A DNA stretch of 64,000 nucleotides, from assembly GCA_013298895.1 (NCBI GenBank), contig JAAFJM010000015.1, forward strand, positions 7,811-71,810, given 5' to 3'. The position numbers and the translations under genes are program-made. How positions within the stretch are numbered: position 1 is the first letter of the stretch; each line of letters opens with the position of its first letter. The stretch comes from Bacteroidota bacterium. Lineage in GTDB: Bacteria > Bacteroidota > Bacteroidia > UKL13-3. Under the pieces are notes generated by a model. That model saw only the letters and a program-made list of their open reading frames with translations, did not search any database and was not told the DNA's origin. Below are positions 60,490 to 64,000 of the stretch, piece after piece.

Positions 60490-60780
60490 TTTAAAGGCAG
60501 ATTGATTTGGAGATTTTTCGATTTTCAGATTTGGAGATTGCAATCACGCCTTGCGCGATTTAACTGTTGGATGGTTAAATTGTTTAATTGTTCATTATTC
60601 GATGTCCGTTGTTAAAAGTTAATTATTGCGAGTTACAAGTTGCCAATTGTCTATTACGAGTTACGAGTTCGATTTTCGTTATTCGATGTTCGATGTAATT
60701 CTTACAAGTTGCCAATTGTCCATTGCTAATTGCCTATTCAACAAATCAATAAATCAACAAGTCAACAAATCACCAAATAA
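60490..60780. repeat. Mosaic of degenerate 7-8-mer tandem repeats including a 19-nt direct repeat
   Basis: TTACAAGTTGCCAATTGTC at 60633 and 60702; (TCAACAAA)n near 60737-60778; ATTGTTTA-type units. Confidence 0.75.
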
Positions 60781-60783
60781 CTT

Positions 60784-60871
60784 GGGCGTTCGAGCGGGCT
60801 ATTCGTTCCAATCTTTTTTACCCAACCCAAAGCCTGGCACAAAAAAGGATTTCCACTGCTATCCCTAACAC
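60784..60871 (+). ncRNA. Probable Flavo-1-like structured repeat/ncRNA
   Basis: GGGCGT...CGGGCTATTCGTTCCAATCTTTTT...AAAAAAGGATTTCCACTGCTATCCCTAAC resembles a multi-copy Bacteroidota motif as recalled from memory; ATCTTTTT/AAAAGGAT can pair. Confidence 0.45.
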
Positions 60872-61058
60872 AAATTGGAGGGAAAATTTAAATTTAGAAA
60901 ACCAAAACGTCTTTTGCCGATGGTTGGAGTTTTCAAAGACTATTTTATTAATCTTACAAAAAACAAAAATTTTAAACAAAAAACCTAAGTCATGCTGCAA
61001 GCCTCTCCTTCTGGCCGTTGTTGCTCCGATAGCTATTGGCAAGAGACTAACAACACTT

Positions 61059-61111
61059 AGTCATGCTGCAAGCATCCCCTTGGCTTTAACTAATTGTTTT
61101 CCATTAGCAAT
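61059..61111. repeat. 53-nt direct repeat, copy 1
   Basis: AGTCATGCTGCAAGCATCCCCTTGGCTTTAACTAATTGTTTTCCATTAGCAAT; its first 15 nt also occur at 60988-61002. Confidence 0.8.
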
Positions 61112-61167
61112 TGCCAATGTAAATATTTCTAAAATTGGGTAAAGTAAACGAAATTAAAATTTGTATC

Positions 61168-62031
61168 TCAATTAATCATAATCTTTCCATTTATAAGCTT
61201 GATATCAATGGTATTAATAGAGTAATGATAAAAACCTGCGGCCAAATTATTTAAAATAATTGGAACTGAATTACCATTTATATTTTGCAAAAAAACTACT
61301 TCACCTAAAATATTGGTAATTTGAATATAGCTCATGTTTGCTGTTGAGTTAATAGTAAACTTACCATTGTTAGGATTGGGGTAAACTTGTGCTATTGGTT
61401 TATTTGTTTCATTGGTCAAATTCAAGGTGTTTGAAAAAATTAAATCATCAACAGCAAAAAAGTTATCTGATGCTGGTGGTACATTGCCTAAGGTAATAGT
61501 TATAGAGCACGAATCGGGAGTAAGGTTCCCTATATAATCCATGCTAACAATAAATTCCGTCCAAGTATCTGAATTTAGGTCTATAAAATCTAAAATGCCA
61601 ATCCCTTCTAGTTCTCTGGTATTGGTTAAATTATTCCATTTAGTAAACTGCACTATTACCAAAGCAGTATCATCTTTACCAATTTTAGATTGATATTTTC
61701 CGAGTAAAAATGCTGGTTTGGTATTTATTGCCATACCGGGAATTACTTCATTGTTTACCAATGAACCCATTAGTAAAGCACCTGGAAATAAATTATCACC
61801 AATGTTTTTTGAAGTAATTTTTGCATAACCATTACCACTAGCACCAGGAGTTCCTTTTTCAACTGTAAAAACATTAATAGCAGAAAACGTAGCGTTAAAA
61901 GTAAACCATCCATCAGGATTGGCATAATTTCCAGTAGTGGACCAATTTTCAAAACCACCATTAGGAATATTTTGAGCAATTGAAAACACCGACCATAAAA
62001 ACATCAGTCCCAACAAATACATTTTTTTCAT
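61168..62031 (-). CDS. T9SS type A sorting domain protein with PCMD-like carbohydrate-binding domain
   Basis: AQNIPNGGFENW...P.GW; PDS..I; VDDL.F; VYPNP..G.F...G.Y.......GK. Confidence 0.8.
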   Translation of the reverse strand: MKKMYLLGLMFLWSVFSIAQNIPNGGFENWSTTGNYANPDGWFTFNATFSAINVFTVEKGTPGASGNGYAKITSKNIGDNLFPGALLMGSLVNNEVIPGMAINTKPAFLLGKYQSKIGKDDTALVIVQFTKWNNLTNTRELEGIGILDFIDLNSDTWTEFIVSMDYIGNLTPDSCSITITLGNVPPASDNFFAVDDLIFSNTLNLTNETNKPIAQVYPNPNNGKFTINSTANMSYIQITNILGEVVFLQNINGNSVPIILNNLAAGFYHYSINTIDIKLINGKIMIN

Positions 62032-62135
62032 ACAAACTACGATATTACATACAAACTTAGGACTTAACTATTTTAATAAAAAAGTTTAGGAATGTTTTTA
62101 TAATTTATTGTAAATATTATTCTTAACAAAAACCA

Positions 62136-62188
62136 AGTCATGTTGAAAGCATCTTCTTGGCTTTAACTGATTGCTTTACATTAGCGAT
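62136..62188. repeat. 53-nt direct repeat, copy 2
   Basis: AGTCATGTTGAAAGCATCTTCTTGGCTTTAACTGATTGCTTTACATTAGCGAT. Confidence 0.8.
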
Positions 62189-62308
62189 AACAATAATTCT
62201 TGGTTGGTTACCGATAACTATCGGAACTCGCCAATCGATTTGGTTTGATTGGTGAGGACACTAACCACGGACACATTCAATAAGAAAAAAGTAAATAACT
62301 GCACTGTT

Positions 62309-62824
62309 TTAGTGGGTGCTAAAGTTGTATTTACGGCTACTAAATTTTGTTTTTGGGAATAGGTAAAAGGTTGTAGCTAATAATCCAAATGTACCCATAT
62401 AACCCATTCCAATAAATGGATAGATTTCATTATTGCAGGCTCCATTTCCATCGCATTTATCAATTTGGTTGTTTAATGCATAGATGGTAAAAACAGCTGC
62501 ACCAAAACTAATGGCAGTAAAAGTTACTGCTATTGGATACTTAATATATTCCTTCAATCCTCTTGTGTTTATGGCTTTAATTTCACTAATCAAAATACTA
62601 TCTTGACCTTTGTTTCCATAAAAATAACCATTGCTAATACTATCTAACTTAAGCAAAATTCTATCTTCATCGTATTTTACAATTCGTAAATTAGCGGGCA
62701 ATTTAATGGTATTGTGATACGATCCTTTGATTTTTTTGATGGTAAGTTGAGTTGCATTTTGCGCCCACAAACAAGGCGCTGATACAAAACAGATGGCTAA
62801 AAATAGTATAAGTTTATAAGTCAT
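62309..62824 (-). CDS. Hypothetical protein with signal peptide and two C-terminal TM segments
   Basis: 171-aa ORF. Confidence 0.7.
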   Translation of the reverse strand: MTYKLILFLAICFVSAPCLWAQNATQLTIKKIKGSYHNTIKLPANLRIVKYDEDRILLKLDSISNGYFYGNKGQDSILISEIKAINTRGLKEYIKYPIAVTFTAISFGAAVFTIYALNNQIDKCDGNGACNNEIYPFIGMGYMGTFGLLATTFYLFPKTKFSSRKYNFSTH

Positions 62825-62934
62825 TTAGGCTTAGCTAATAAATAGTTACAAAAAGTAAATAAATATAAAATAATTGATATTTTAAAATGTTTGTGAGCAC
62901 ACACTAAAAAACTAAAAAAATTGTTAAGCCTGCC

Positions 62935-63076
62935 GGTTTAGATTTGCAATCCAAATCAAACACTAAAAGGATTTGTAATCCAATTTTTACTAAACCAAGC
63001 ACAAGGTAATTCTATTAAAAGGAATTGCTATTTTTTGCATTGCAAATGCTAATAGTAATGAAGTGCAGTTTGCAAA
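62935..63076. repeat. Degenerate multi-hairpin intergenic element (GATTTG(C/T)AATCC family)
   Basis: GATTTGCAATCCAAATC, GGATTTGTAATCC, GCATTGCAAATGC. Confidence 0.55.
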
Positions 63077-63100
63077 AACATTTCTTTAAACCAACCTAAA

Positions 63101-63766
63101 CTACCTCGTTTGTTGGTAGGTTTTGTTTAAATAATCTTCAAAGTTTTGGTAGTTGGGGTAAACTGCTAAATAAGCTTTGTAGGCAGTATAATAAAGTTTA
63201 CAGTTTTCAATTAATTCCTTTTCATCAAGTTCCAATTGGTTACATAACTTTTCGTATTCAATAACTTTTTCCATCAGTTCATCACACTCGGCTATGGTTG
63301 CTCCATCTTCGCCATATATAACGCCTATTGGTATTTCATGAAGCGTGTAATTTAAATAGTTTCTGGTGGTTTGTTCTGATAGTTTAAGTAATTCAATGTC
63401 GTTAGGGGCTATGGTTAAGCCTTGTTCTAAAAGCATTGCCCATGAAAATTTGGTATCATGGCTATAGGCTTGGTATCTTAAAAGGTGTTCGTCAAGTTTT
63501 AAAAGTGTTTTGATGGCATCTATATTATTTTGGGCTACTTGTGCCAAAAGTATTGGGTAAATTAAATGCTTATAAAGTGGTTGGCGAATGGTTATTTTCT
63601 TGTTTTGTAGTTCATCAATTATGGCTACTATATCTCGGCAAGTAAGTTTGGTTAAATCTGTCTCATTATCTTTAAAAAATGCTTCCAGTATTTTATGCTT
63701 ATCTGCCTTAACAAAGGTTTTTGTTTCTATTTCAATATAGGCATTTAAAAATTTCTCTTTGTCCAT
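63101..63766 (-). CDS. Hypothetical helical protein
   Basis: ORF; likely start MDKEK; Y.LHEIP.GV.YG..GAT..EC. Confidence 0.7.
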   Translation of the reverse strand: MDKEKFLNAYIEIETKTFVKADKHKILEAFFKDNETDLTKLTCRDIVAIIDELQNKKITIRQPLYKHLIYPILLAQVAQNNIDAIKTLLKLDEHLLRYQAYSHDTKFSWAMLLEQGLTIAPNDIELLKLSEQTTRNYLNYTLHEIPIGVIYGEDGATIAECDELMEKVIEYEKLCNQLELDEKELIENCKLYYTAYKAYLAVYPNYQNFEDYLNKTYQQTR

Positions 63767-64000
63767 AAAAGATGCTTTGTTTTGCTGCAATTTAAACTTT
63801 TGGTAAACATGCTTATAAAACAGAAAATAACAAAGTAAAAATTTTAGTAAAACTAATTATCAAACCCAAATCTATAAATTAATTTTTACTCAGGTAGCTA
63901 TTGAAAAACGAAGCAATTTTATATTGGTAAGTTTAAGTAGAGAGACGATGAAATTGGTTATTTATTATTTACTTGTTATCATTTTTTATTAAATGCTGGT

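Noticed and set aside
60626..61142. ORFs 60626-60868, 60818-61042 and 60924-61142
   Set aside because: They run through tandem repeats and palindromic elements and are most likely spurious.

Overview
AT-rich chromosomal window from a Bacteroidota (Bacteroidetes) bacterium. Support for the phylum: TAnnTTTG -7 promoter boxes, PorX, several T9SS C-terminal-domain proteins and Bacteroidota-typical synteny. Housekeeping content includes sdhCAB, dapB, lepB, fabI, rpmE2, HU, aroK, folP-cdaA, a DEAD-box helicase, mtgA, porX, pyk, miaE and an ABC-F ATPase. The strongest candidate for an uncharacterised system is an AraC-preceded operon (12687-17540). It encodes a T9SS-secreted CxxCH protein, three putative c-type cytochrome lipoproteins with mixed CX2CH and non-canonical CX4CH motifs, a DUF5777-like outer-membrane beta-barrel and a YceI protein, a layout resembling a porin-cytochrome surface redox conduit. 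Second, several accessory genes are bracketed by short direct or inverted REP-like repeats, like gene cassettes (about 22.3-23.2, 44.4-51.3 and 61.0-62.2 kb). One of these carries a Schlafen/AlbA_2 protein. Smaller observations: an alpha/beta-hydrolase lacking its catalytic Ser and Asp, a shikimate kinase without a canonical start codon, a 9x heptamer repeat in front of cdaA, and a probable Flavo-1-like structured repeat. No tRNA, rRNA, CRISPR array or intact transposase/integrase was recognised. All family calls come from motif recognition by eye, not database searches.
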